Shown: positions 37,306 to 49,075 of the stretch, piece by piece | Layout: the number at the start of each line of letters is the position of its first letter | Numbering within the stretch: the stretch's first letter is position 1 | NCBI GenBank assembly: GCA_013115145.1 | Contig: JAAPAO010000169.1 | Location: 1-58,579, forward strand | DNA from: Perkinsus chesapeaki ATCC PRA-425 | Lineage: Eukaryota > Protista > Perkinsozoa | Reading direction: 5' to 3' | Length of the DNA stretch: 58,579 nt | Program-made: the position numbers and the translations under genes | Notes under the pieces: model-generated | What the model was told of the DNA's origin: nothing | Database searches by the model: none | What the model saw: the letters and a program-made list of their open reading frames with translations, nothing else

Positions 37306-38813
37306 CTACTGTCGCTTCAATGGATGCTTTTTAGACCTCCTAAAGGTGACACCGACTGGACAATGATCCCCATGAGGAGCGAAATCCTCGAGGATGAAAG
37401 CGTCCTTCATTTTATCCATGGGAAAGCTTGGAGCCGCCAGGACATAGTCGAGTCTGAGGCCCCTGTTCTTGGGCTTATTACGAGCGCGGACGGACCAGTA
37501 TGAAAAGCAACCAGTGGCGTCGGGATGCATGTTGGCAAAGGTGTCGATGAAGCCTTGGGATGTATAGTGATCTCTGAACGACTGTCGCTCCTCGTTGGTG
37601 GTACCTGATAATAGAAGCTACCATCAAAACACTTTTATATTCGGCCTTTGTAAGTAGCCTACTACGAGCTGTACAATTGCTACGGTGCAGTTTTCGACAA
37701 ACAAGAGTACGCAATAGAGGCACATAATTAGGGAGGTGATCAAAACTATCGAAATGCCAGCGGGAAGGGCAATTCAGACAATACTCTACTGGAGTCGACA
37801 CTCTTTGAAAACAATCGTCATGCGACTTTCCACTCTTTATATACATGGCAGTTTAAAGGCTTACCAGCACTCTTTGGGATATGTGGCTTCTCGACGTTCC
37901 AGATGTCCACATCTCTATCAGCTACATTCATATCTCCCAATAATAGTGTGGGCTTATCGAGCCTCTCACAATACTTAGCCAACTTGGCATCAAAGCAGTC
38001 ATTTCCGGAGGTGCGATAGCCTAACCTGTTCAAGTCCTGGCCCGAGTTCGGCACGTAACATAGGACCACGGCCATGTCATCGAACTCCAGGGTAATGGCT
38101 CGTCCCTCTGGGTCTTCCTTTCCGTCAATCCCCAGCTTGGTTTCAAATTTACCAGCGCTCTTGCGGACCACAAAAGCTGTGCCAGAGTATCCCTTTTTGG
38201 CAGTGCAATGATTCCAAACAATCTCAACAGGACCCAAGACGTCCTCCACAGCCTCTCTGAGAAGATTGTCGCACTCGTCACACATGTCGTCGTTGGACAG
38301 CTTTATTTCCATCAGCCCGATGATGTCCGGCTGCTCCTTCTTACACAGGTCGACGAGTTCATGAGACTTATGGTTGAGGAGGGATCGAAGGGACCCCACG
38401 TTCCAGGCGAGGGCAGTGAAATCGTCCTTGCCCTTTTTGTGACGCTCAAGAGACGTCACGGGGATTTTCTCGCCTTTCTTGTTCACTTCCCCATAAGCGA
38501 CATTGACCACTTTGAGAGTGCTCTCGTTTTTCTTGGAATCAGCTGTGGACTTTCTGGTTGGCGCCTTGGTCCGCTTTTTCGGTTTAGAACTCTCAACAAC
38601 ATCAGCAACAGCTTTATCGGCGTTGGGCTTCTGAGGCGATTTGGTATCCTTCTTCTCCACGGAACGGGCTCGCTTCCTGGACGTCATGGTAAAGCAGGAG
38701 GTTGGATATCTATCAGGAACTCTGTATCGAAGAGGGACGGGAAGTGGCGGGCTCAAAGCGAAGCCACGACAAAATTTTGGTGCGAGAGGTATGCACCAGA
38801 GAGCGCTAAGCAT
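37306..38813 (-). CDS. APE1: Exonuclease III-family AP endonuclease (APE1/Xth); two exons 38813..37865 and 37604..37306, 415 aa
   Basis: Catalytic motifs WNVGSLR, GLMEIK, KGYSGTA, DPEGRAI, CYVPNSG, LLGDMNVA, RLDY and GDHCP. A 260-nt GT-AG intron joins KSA/GTTNEERQSF in frame. Confidence 0.93.
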
Positions 38814-38876
38814 ATTTCCGCAACAACGCGAACGCGGCGATGAACTATGCGCCGATTCACATAGAGAATAAAATAC

Positions 38877-38947
38877 TGCGCCTGCCGGGAGTCGAACCCG
38901 GGTCACAAGCATGGGAAGCTTGTATGATACCGTTACACTACAGGCGC
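38877..38947 (-). tRNA. tRNA-Gly(CCC)
   Basis: 71-nt cloverleaf: acceptor GCGCCTG/CAGGCGC, anticodon stem CAAGC/GCTTG with loop TTCCCAT, T-arm CCGGG-TTCGACT-CCCGG. A T-rich run follows the 3' end. Confidence 0.97.
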
Positions 38948-39257
38948 TGCTGGAAACACGGTTGAATTGTAAGACTGGCCTTCATGGCCTTTCAGAATCC
39001 TCTGATTAAAGTCCTTCGGCCTCTAGCTCAAGCGCGTCCTAATCGTTTGAACAACCTGTCGATCATCTCGTAGTATATTCTGCGCACTAGCATGTCTTGG
39101 ATACAACGAACATGCTGTTATATATTAGGCGTAGTTGGCAGAGTCGCCAAATTTTCAGAGATCTTCGAAATGAACTGGGGCTAGAGATCCGGTCACCACT
39201 ACCCACTAAGACCTGGATCCCATCATTGGTAATGTAGTTCTGTTAAGTTGTTTGTCT

Positions 39258-42200
39258 ATGCCTGGTTTGGCGTCCAGAGTTCTTCTCAAAACATTAAAGT
39301 ACGGCGCTGTAGCAGGCGGAACCGCCATCGGAGGCTCATGTGCTTATATATACTTCAACACACCGGTAAGCCATGTCGAATTGCTTTCTGGTAACTGGGC
39401 TCTGGGGTCTATTGGGGAAAGCGAATTATAAGTTCTTTGTAGAACGCCATTCCCGCAAGCGCGTACCGGAAAACCATTCCACAGTTCGACCGAGCAAAAT
39501 CTCTGGATAAGCTGCGGCAAGAGAAGTACTCAATCTGAGCTATTTAGTATCTTCAACCTCTCCCTCAGGTTTGACGTTATTGTTGTTGGCGGTGGTGCTA
39601 CAGGTTCATCAATAGCGCTCGATGGAGCGTCTAGAGGCCTCAAGGTGGCCCTATTGGAGGCCGAGGACTTCGGCTCTGGCACTAGCAGTCGAAGTAGCCC
39701 ACTACTGAGCGATCATCTTCGTAATGCCGGCTAGGTACGAAGCTTCTTCATGGAGGCATTGGCTACCTAAAAGGCGCTATGATGGGCATGGATGGACAAC
39801 TGTTTAAAATGATTTACCAAGTAGCGCGGAGCATCGTTCACATTGTGTATCGTCAGTATCAGTCCGTACGGGAGCGGTCGCATATGTTACATGCTGCCCC
39901 CTATCTCACCCGACCAATGCCAATACTACTGCCTGCATTCTACCCCATGGAGGCCCTCCAGAGATGGATAGGCGTTAAACTGTACTACAGAGGATGGGGC
40001 GCTGCGGTCACCTGGAGGCAGGTTCGATGGAATGGCAAAAGTGATGTCCCTCTTCGACACAGGAGTTCCCAACTCCTTCTGGGTTAGCAAATCTAACACC
40101 AGGTTCATGGTAATAGGAGGATGGCCGGCATGTGGGATTTTGAGGGGGGCCGATGAATTCGCCACTAACTCGGGGAGCTTGAAGATGTCAACATTTCATA
40201 TTCATCGGATAACACTAAAGTATATATGTAAATGAAAATGAGTATACGGATATATTAAATGTGATGGGTTTTCGTCTCCCCCTAGTAACCTCTCATAGTT
40301 CTGGTAAATTTGGTTGATAAATGGCGGACTTGATGGTGTCAGTTCCCCCTATTAAAGAGCGAAGGCCTACTGGGCAGCATGCTCTACTACGACGGTCAAC
40401 TTAACGACTCCAGAATGAACCTTGCTATTGCAATGACCTCCACGGTACTATTCAATCTCCTATCAGAATCGGACCAATGGGCTCAGGTGGATGACTATAT
40501 AGAAGGATGGGTTCCAGCTACAGTAGCCAACCATGCCGCAGTGACGCACGTACTCAAGGATGAGCAAGGACGTTGCAATGCAGTGGAGTAATGCAAAGGA
40601 GGGCGGTATAGTTATATTACATTTGGATTCACCTCAATAAAGTCCCTATCGGTTTAATTCATCGGTCAAATTCGCTGCTCTATACCTATACGTATCACTC
40701 GATAGCCTCTACTGGTCAGTTGTCGATTGACAAAGCTCAGCAGCACCAACGGCTCGAACTCCCACGGCCCATTTTATGCTGGGACGCGTAGGCAAATTGC
40801 CAACCAGCGAGCTGCTCTCACTCAAGGTTTCGTAATTAGTTATAATTATATATCAAAAACTTGTTTATGTATAATTTCATATTGGTACCAATATGGTATA
40901 TCCACCATGGTGGATCTGGTATCACCTGGCCGGTCAAAGCCCAGCAAACCCTCCTATTGCTCATATACAGCAACCTGCTTTCACGGCACTTTTCGACAGG
41001 GTTAAAGATAGCTTAACCGGGGATAAGTTCCAAGTATCCGGCAAAGTTATCGTGAATGCTACTGGCGTCCGAGCTGATGCCCTTCGCCGAGATGCCAACC
41101 CAGATGCTGAGCCGAAGATAACAGTCAATGCTGGAGCGCATATGATTTTACCGAGGTACTACCGGGAGGGCGGATATCTTAGAAGTGGTCGAAAAGGGAT
41201 TGGCGGATTCTTCATTTCATTAAAGGGTCATGCACGTGGAATGTGGAGGTATTTGTTGAAGGAGATTATTTGTAGGTCATACGCACCGAGACCGTATGGG
41301 ATGATGATACCGGCAACAAAGAACAACAATGCTTTATTCTATTTCCCTTGGGAAGGTTAGCAAGTTGACCTATTTTGTATCTTGCACGCTTCAAGCTCAG
41401 GTAACACCCTTATCGGTACGGTGAATCACAGCGCTGATTTACTTGACTTGCCCCCACATCCGACCAGGGAGAGCTTGGATGTTATTATTGATGAGAGTAC
41501 GGAGTATCTTAGCTTGAACAGGGAAGATATCACAGAGGTCGGTTCGCGCTCCATCATTTCATAATCGACCACCGCACATCAGGACATAACCGCTGCATGG
41601 AGCGGAACCAGGCAGTTGTCCAGCGACCCGAACGACCCTCGTTTTGGGAAGGTGGGGAAATCTAATGGAATCTATTTTCTTCCAACTTAGGAGACTTCAG
41701 GACTTCCGCGGGCACCAAATTGTTGTGGATAGCAGCTCCGGTCTAATAAGCATATTCGGCGGAAACTGGACAACTTGCAGGTGGGTGGTGTAGGCGGAGC
41801 GAAGCATTTCATGAATTGTGTTTTTCTGCAGGCTGATGGCAGAGGATTGCGTCGATAGAGTCCTTGCTGAGCATCAAGGGGATGTTGTGGCGAAGTATCC
41901 TTGCCGAACCTACAAGTTGAGGCTTATTGGAAGTCAAGATCCACGGTAGGCTCAAAGAAGATCAACATCTCGGGGAGCAGAGGAACTACGAATGTGACGA
42001 GGTTCGCTAGTCGTCAGTGGAGTCGTTCCTTTGCCGTCGGCCCAGCCTGTTACGTACGAGTGATGGTTAACTGTGTAGGTTCCCATCGTGGCATGCAGAC
42101 TCATCATTAAGGGTTAAGAAAATGGCGATGGAACTACATAGGGAATATGGTGTTGATATCGATGGTAAGTGGGGAATGATCATCGATTCAAATTTCCCTA

Positions 42201-42750
42201 CTGCAGATTCAACTCACTTGGCGACTACGTACGGCGCGCTGGCCCCCACGGTTTGTGATTTCGGCAAGAAAACCAACAGTTTGAGTCCTTTGCTGCCGAA
42301 TCAGGTGATTGTGCAATTTGTCCCTTTTTTCCTCTATGTGCATTACTCGACCTTTCAGTCGTATCTTCGGACGGAGGTCCTGGTGGCGTGCGATCAGGAG
42401 ATGGCGGAATCGGTCACGGATGTTATTGCCAACCGAACGAGGATGGCCTTCACCGACCCTGTGGGGACCTTGGCAATTCTGCCCAATGTGAGCTTTCTAG
42501 CGAGTGCTAGCGACACGCGGTTGTGACACTCCTCCTTGTCCTCCTCCTTCAGATAGTTCAAGTGGTGGGAGATCGGAAGGGTTGGGATTTGGCCAGAAGG
42601 GAGGCGGAGGATAGGAAAGCGAGGATGCTCCTAAGTAGGATGACCTACGGCAGCAAGACTGCCTCCAATGGCGGAGCGGCGAAGATGAAGCGCCGGCGAA
42701 CTTACCGAGATGTTCCTAAAGTGGATGAGAGTGTCGAATCGACGAACTAA
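39258..42750 (+). CDS. GPD2: FAD-dependent glycerol-3-phosphate dehydrogenase homologue (GlpD/GPD2 family), divergent active site
   Basis: MPGLASRVLLKTLKYG N-terminus; FDVIVVGGGATG; AEDFGSGTSSRSTKLLHGG; YYDGQLNDSRMNLAIA; VIVNATG; FYFPWEG; WSGTRQL; EMAESVTDVIANRTRMAF. Stop TAA at 42750. Confidence 0.9.
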
Positions 42751-43052
42751 TGCTGCCCATTTCACAGGTTTAACATTTGTTTGGATATAGTTTTTCAATT
42801 TCTATTGAGTCATTTGATGCTTTGCGTTTGGGCTGTAGGATTTCGGCTCACTTGTTCGAGAAGTCTCGCAGGCATCGGCCCGCTCCCCGAAATGATCAAT
42901 TGCGCTCTGTGGGATATGCCGGGGAGGAAAAATTCGCAAAATTGGGAAAAAATCTTTGATCGATTCGTGAGTTTCCCAAAAATAGTCGCCTTTGGTAAGA
43001 AAAATTCTATATTGCGGATTGTGAAGTGGTCCAGCATTTCGTACAGCCTTTG

Positions 43053-44910
43053 ATGAGTAACATGATAGCCATGTCGAGGCCGCCAGAGCCGCCGGCGGCA
43101 CCACCTCCCGCTGTTGTGAGTATGAGGAGCCCGTCGAGGGCCCCCACAACAGCCAGCGTTGGCCCAACTACACTACAACGTCGGAGCTGCTGCTGGGAGA
43201 CACGTAAGCTGAGAAGGCGATTTTGGAATTAAACTCTAATAACAGGTACAAGCCACGAGCGAGGATACTGTGGTTGCCCTCCTTCGAGAAGGGGGGGCCT
43301 TCGACTGCCGTTGCCGACTGCTTGCCAGCTATGTGATCAAACGGGAGGTCAAGCCGCCAGCCCTGGTGGGGGCACTACAGTGGACAATACACCTGGTCGA
43401 AGTAGTAGCGAAGAGGAAGCGGAGCGTGCAATGAAGAGTACCAAGAAGTTCATACCGCGGCCAGCAGCCCAAGTGGTGCACAAGAGCGCACCATGCAAAG
43501 CTAGCGGAGGGTATCTTGATGCTGATCGGGGAGTATCTGAGGACACCACCGCCGGAGAAAATTCGTTGCGCAGTGAAAGAAGCAGTTGTGATTGTGACGC
43601 TGCGCCGCCGGCGGTGGAGGCCGCGAAATCCCCAGAGTGGGCAAACAGCGATCCGCCGATTAAGCGGCCAGAAGATTTCTCGAAGACGAAGTTGTTCTTG
43701 CCCGTTCCCGTAATGTTCCTCAAAGCAGTCTGTAGTATGTATGAAGGTTGTTGCTCTTCAGATTCGACCGGTTCAAGGGTTCCTTTGTAACCAAGTCCTC
43801 ACTGATACGGAGGTACCTTCCTATGGCTTAAGCCCAGTCAGTGTGCCGGGTGAAGATACTCCAGTGGACCAGGAGGCTGTTGCAGCTTTTGATAGGCTAA
43901 GGTAAGGGAATGACAAATAGCGAAATGGTTATGGCGTTTGTTTTTCATCCTCACGAACCTGGTTCGATCCGAGGGTATGTTTTTGGCTTTTTAGATTTAT
44001 GGCAATAGGAATATCCGAGACGTCTGGTGTTCACGTAAGACTCCATTATGGAGACCGAAAGCTAGTTAACGCCAATTCTGAAAAATATAAAGTACCGGCT
44101 CTGGGGTTCGAACCTGCGTTCCTTTTTGATATCCCAAATCAGACTCAAGTGGCAGAGCTCAGGCAGCGTTGGGCGCCAGAAAATTGTCCTATTCGCCGCA
44201 AGACCCGAGGGTATCACTCAAGAAGCACAACATTTGATGGTCTTGACAGTGGAGCTGGTCTAGCAGGCATGTCCGTACCCTTCTGGCCAGCGAGCGCTCG
44301 ATACGGCAGTGCCAGTCAGAGGTACAGTGGAGTAACGACTGGTAGAAATAAACGAGCTACCATAGGACGCCGAGGAAGAAGCCCGAATGGAGGTAAGGGC
44401 AGTTTGAGGTAGTGGTGATGAAGCTTGGATGCTTATTCGACAGATCTTCGACAAAGGTCAACGGCAACAATGGGTATAATTGGGTATAACCGTCGACATC
44501 GAAAGCAACAAGTTAAGTCATTAATGCAAGGTGGTGGTGGAGGAGGCCGTTCAAGAAGGGCCTCTTCGACAGGGCCGATATATAATAGAGGACAACCTGT
44601 AGGAACTATCACCACCCCATGTGTTGATGAGAGTGCTCCCACAAGAGATCGTTATTCGACGAATCTGTCGAGCTGCAGGCAAGATTACTGTGGATGGTGT
44701 GTCTGGGAATGGCGTTGCTGTTTAGGTTATTCTGAAGTCGATCGAGATGGAAATACGATTGTTAGCAAGATTTTGGCGCGTGAAAGGATCACGATCGATT
44801 TTGTCTTACCCTGTTCTCATTTTCTTAACTTGTCATCATACTGTACCCAAAGCGGGCTTATCTCCCTCCTAGTGGTTGCCGCCGCCTGCAGTCATCGTGG
44901 AATAGAGTAA
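43053..44910 (+). CDS. Multi-exon low-complexity (P/S/G/R-rich) hypothetical protein
   Basis: Long ORF segments 43311..43790, 43999..44412 and 44425..44910 with intervening gtaag...ttag introns. No domain recognised; the 3' end is uncertain. Confidence 0.55.
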
Positions 44911-46524
44911 TCGATGAGATACTCTAATTTTACTTCTTACCAAAAAAGAGATAATATTCTATTTGCCAAAGAAGATATAGCAACAATAACTCAACTTGAT
45001 ATAGATCATCATTACCACTATCCTTCACAAGTTGTTGCTATTCACTCTGCTAGTATGTTGGCTCCCTCATAACCCTCGTCTATTCATATGTTCGAAGAGT
45101 TCCTATATTTCTTGTGCTGTATCTATTGTTGCTGCACTTAGTAATTCTAGTACGACCGTTGCTGTAGCTCAGCCAGGAGTAGCAGCAGCAGCTTCATTTG
45201 GTCCATATGGGCCACGCTTCGCTGCACTCTTTCTACACTGCTAAGTGTCTCAACACGTGGCTCGATATTGGTGCAGTACTACGGTACGCGCAAACAATAT
45301 AGATTGTTTTTGATACTTTGTCGTTTCTATTTGTAAGTCTGGGCATGTTGGGCGCCCTTTAGACTATTTGAATTGTCGAAGCGATGTTAAAGCATCAAAC
45401 AGGGTTCCTCTCGATCACGAGCTCGATTTGTGTTAGCTATAGTTTGAGTCAAGTGTAAATCGGGAAACCTTCCCAAAGCCCAACTTCACCTAAACGCAAC
45501 ACAATTCATTGTGCGAGACAACCATGCACTCCAGCATTACTCGTCAACCAACTCATACTCATCCGGAAAGCAGATAAGTATTTCGTGTCGTTCGAGCTGC
45601 GAGTGTTTATGACAATGACACCTAACTGGACTAGGATAATAGACTTTGTTGCATAGCCGAACTCAGTAGTGACAAAGATGATTATGAATAATTCAGCTTT
45701 GCTGCAAACGGCTGTTAGCGAGTCGACAAGCGCGAAGACAATGTCGTCGATATCTTATTGTTCGACACATGTTACAGGTGTGAGGCCAACTCTTAATACT
45801 GGATTTAAGTCTGGTTGTCTCCTCATACCGCAAGGGCCTGATTGTAAGAATGTATCGAGGTGTTGATTGACACTTTCAGTACCTGCGGGTTCCCCAGATC
45901 ATCCCGCTGAATATAACGGTAGCCGCTCCCGCCCCAAGTCGGTCCCCAACTGTTGAGGATCTTCAAAAACCTCGAACAACATAATGCGAGGCGGCTGGAA
46001 ACAAGAAATTACCCAACGCCTCCCGGGGATTGCCCGTTACCAACAACAGAGACTCCGTAATTCATCACCCCTTCTCTCATGACAACTCGCTCAGTGACAT
46101 CATCGCAGATGGAATTTAACAGTTTATGATTTCAAGCATGTAGTTCCGGAACCGGGAAGCTGATGCATGGATGCAATGTGCCTTCATTGCTTTATGCCTT
46201 ATGCAAATGGAGACTTGCCCTTCTGCGACGGCGCTACCCAATGTTGTTCATTCATTGGGGTAACTTCAAGCCATCCTTCGATGTCACCTTTCTGAGAAGC
46301 AGACTCTCAATTGGACACGTAACTTTGCGCTACCGAATGGAACGCGAGCGGTAATCAACTCCTTACCTTGATACACTGATGATCAGTGACTGATCGAATC
46401 AACAATATCCTGTTTGCATTTACCAGCTTCAGCGTCTCGGGGATGGGAATTACGATAACACTTTCTCCTTCACACTTTCTCCCTCACGGATCCACTTTAT
46501 TTAACTTCTTAGCCTCCAGCACAG

Positions 46525-47004
46525 ATGTATGGGATAGTAAGCACCGTGCGAAATGGCATTCGAAGGCTGGCAACCCGATGGATATTAACCTTCGTACTCA
46601 ACGCCACTATCATTACTATCGAAACCTATCAAATAACTGGCCTACGGGGAGATGAGGATGATCCCAGGAAGCCGTCCTCTTACCGGCAAGGATCGTATCA
46701 CAAGAGCCCTCAGCCAAGTATGCATATTGTTCTAGATCGAAGTGCGTACGCAGGGTTTCAAGCTCCCAGGAGGATTATAATTGAATTCCATCAAGACTGC
46801 CGAGTTAAGGTCAATTACCTCGAATCGTATCATACCGTGTACATAGCCCATGTTTCCTTGATGGGTCGCATACGAGCTGACGGGGACTTCGTAGAGTCTA
46901 CGAAGTCCCCGTCAGCTCGTCGCCTATGCACGTGTAACCTACGACGTAGACTACGAATCGTAGTGGAAGGGGCGGCTTTGCATAACACCCACGGTCACAT
47001 TTAA
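46525..47004 (+). CDS. Hypothetical ORF or gene remnant
   Basis: 159-codon ORF with no motif recognised. The upstream region (45.7-46.5 kb) looks like broken coding sequence. Confidence 0.3.
   Translation: MYGIVSTVRNGIRRLATRWILTFVLNATIITIETYQITGLRGDEDDPRKPSSYRQGSYHKSPQPSMHIVLDRSAYAGFQAPRRIIIEFHQDCRVKVNYLESYHTVYIAHVSLMGRIRADGDFVESTKSPSARRLCTCNLRRRLRIVVEGAALHNTHGHI
46872..46920. repeat. Perfect inverted repeat, 24-bp arms, 1-nt spacer
   Basis: ACGAGCTGACGGGGACTTCGTAGA-G-TCTACGAAGTCCCCGTCAGCTCGT, checked base by base. Confidence 0.97.
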
Positions 47005-47959
47005 CTTCCCCAGATCACAAGTAAGTCTACTGGCTGCGCCAGTGGTTACTATTTCGTCTGTTGCATATTCCGACAATAGTAACTTCGATTTCGACGGGCG
47101 AACAAAATTAGCGTTAACATTCTCATTTTATTAGCAACTTCAATATACCCTGGGTGGTGGTAGTGGTGGTTTAGTAAACTTCAATTTCGACACATACTTC
47201 CAAACTCGACAACCTTGAATTGGAAATAGAAGCCAAAGCCATGGCCATGCACGTACCTTTACTCTCAAGGCGAATGCTTGATTTGGGAAGAGGTGGTTGT
47301 GGGCCAGAACTCCTGGCCCTTCACGGGCCGCTAGTACAAAACAATCCTAGGGCCCCATGCGAAGTTTCATAGCTAATCATCAGCAATAAATCGGTCACAT
47401 CACATACAGCTAATCTTGTAACCTTGAGGTTATGCACGGAAACGCTTTTACTAACATGTAGTCCGATAACGAGTTCCTGGCAAAAAAACACCATCAACAT
47501 CTCTTTAGCCCCATCGCTATGCTCGAAAACATATTAGCTCCATACCATTAGCTGGCAACTCCATAAACCGCTTTACCCTACTTCACCACTGAATATGAGC
47601 CACGCTCATGGTCAGCTACGTATTATTACACCTAACTATTGAAGAGTGAACATGAGGCTGCAACGAGTCTTCGAAGACATACCAGCTCTTAGCTAATACT
47701 TCCGTTATTCCCAGTAAGTGCTTATTGCCTATGATGTCGAACATCCGCACATTCTGCTTTTTCCCTTATTAAAGCTCAGTCACGCCAGACTTTTGTGACA
47801 GAATATGCCATCTGCACGCGTAGATTCTACCGAATTTCGGTCTACGCCGTAAACCGAAATTCGGTCACCGAATATGAGCACAATCAGGAATATCATCGAG
47901 TATGGTGTCTGTATTATTGGTGTCCTTTTCAGTTCCGTAACGAGCTCGGTATCGGTGCC

Positions 47960-49075
47960 ATGGTTATTTACCTTCTTCTAACCTTAGTGGGCGGAGTAAT
48001 CATGAAGACGGCTATCGCAGATGTTCTCGCACAAGATCTGGAGCTTGCCTATATTACGGACGCGGACCCCCCTGGCTTGGGCCTTTATACAACTATAACT
48101 GTTGCTGGCCAACCAATGAATGTAGTTGTGGACACAAGCTCAATTCGCCTCCTTTACGTATGGCAAGATGCATACGAGAAAGCCCGCGGTGTTGGTGCCT
48201 GCAAGAGGATGTTCTATCATTGCTATTCGTGCGGTCGTCATCAGTGCAAGCCCCAGGATACTAGCAATGTTACCCTCGGGGATGGTACCTCAGCTTTAAT
48301 ATTCAGGTGGGCAGATGACATGAGGGTTGGTGGACGGAACTTCATGTTAATGAAGTTCGGATTGATTTTTGCATCTGAACCTACCTTTGCCGAGAGAACA
48401 CCTCATGGAGTACTTGGTCTTGGAAATGATGCCGGTCAATATTATCCGACTATTATGGACCAGCTTGGAGTCCGTATTCCTTACTCTAAAAATATGTTCA
48501 CCCTGTATCTCCGGCATAGCTTCGGAGGCAACGTACCTGCCCGCGGCGATCTGCTCATCGGCGGCGCTGATAAATCTGCCTACGTTCCACCACTCAGGTT
48601 GGTCCCAGCGTTAAGCATGAGTCCATGGACAGTGAGACTGACTTCTCTGGCACTCGCAGTAGGGACAGAGATTGCTATTGGTAAACCAGTGGTCCTCAAC
48701 ACTGGGTGTAATTGGATCGAGGTCCCTCAAGCGAGTATGGTCCCGCTAATCAAAGCAATTCAAAAAGAGGCATCGAGAAAGGCGGGAAGAGAAGTTGTTA
48801 TAACATATCTTGATGTATACAAGATATACACGTTCGACTCTAACTTACGTGGATATATGCCTACGCTGAATTTTATGTTATCTTCTCCAGATGGGGATGC
48901 TCCTCTCTCACTTGATATTTACACTTACATTGCAGAAACCCCATATTACTGCTACTTACTTATCAACTCCTCTGCTACTGGCAACTGGGTACTGCCAAAT
49001 TTCATGTTGGTTGGTAGGTATATGGAGTTCAGAGTGGATGAGAGACGAGTTGGTTTCGCAGAGGTGTCTAAATAA
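47960..49075 (+). CDS. Intronless secreted pepsin-like (A1) aspartic protease homologue, probably catalytically inactive
   Basis: Signal peptide MVIYLLLTLVGGVIM; LYTTITVAGQPMNVVVDTSS; HGVLGLG; LLIGGAD; VVLNTGCNWIEVP; NWVLPNFMLVGRYMEFRVDERRVGFA. ATG 47960 is in frame with ORF 47795..49075. Confidence 0.88.
   Translation: MVIYLLLTLVGGVIMKTAIADVLAQDLELAYITDADPPGLGLYTTITVAGQPMNVVVDTSSIRLLYVWQDAYEKARGVGACKRMFYHCYSCGRHQCKPQDTSNVTLGDGTSALIFRWADDMRVGGRNFMLMKFGLIFASEPTFAERTPHGVLGLGNDAGQYYPTIMDQLGVRIPYSKNMFTLYLRHSFGGNVPARGDLLIGGADKSAYVPPLRLVPALSMSPWTVRLTSLALAVGTEIAIGKPVVLNTGCNWIEVPQASMVPLIKAIQKEASRKAGREVVITYLDVYKIYTFDSNLRGYMPTLNFMLSSPDGDAPLSLDIYTYIAETPYYCYLLINSSATGNWVLPNFMLVGRYMEFRVDERRVGFAEVSK

Noticed and set aside
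38208-38843. 211-aa plus-strand ORF (and similar antisense ORFs across the window)
   Set aside because: Shadow ORF antisense to APE1 exon 1.
41652-41720. Apparent frameshift in GPD2 (ETSGL frame vs RGHQIV frame)
   Set aside because: Using the second AG (41700) gives a typical 49-nt intron and an in-frame GKDFRGHQIV, so no frameshift is required. RNA-seq would settle it.
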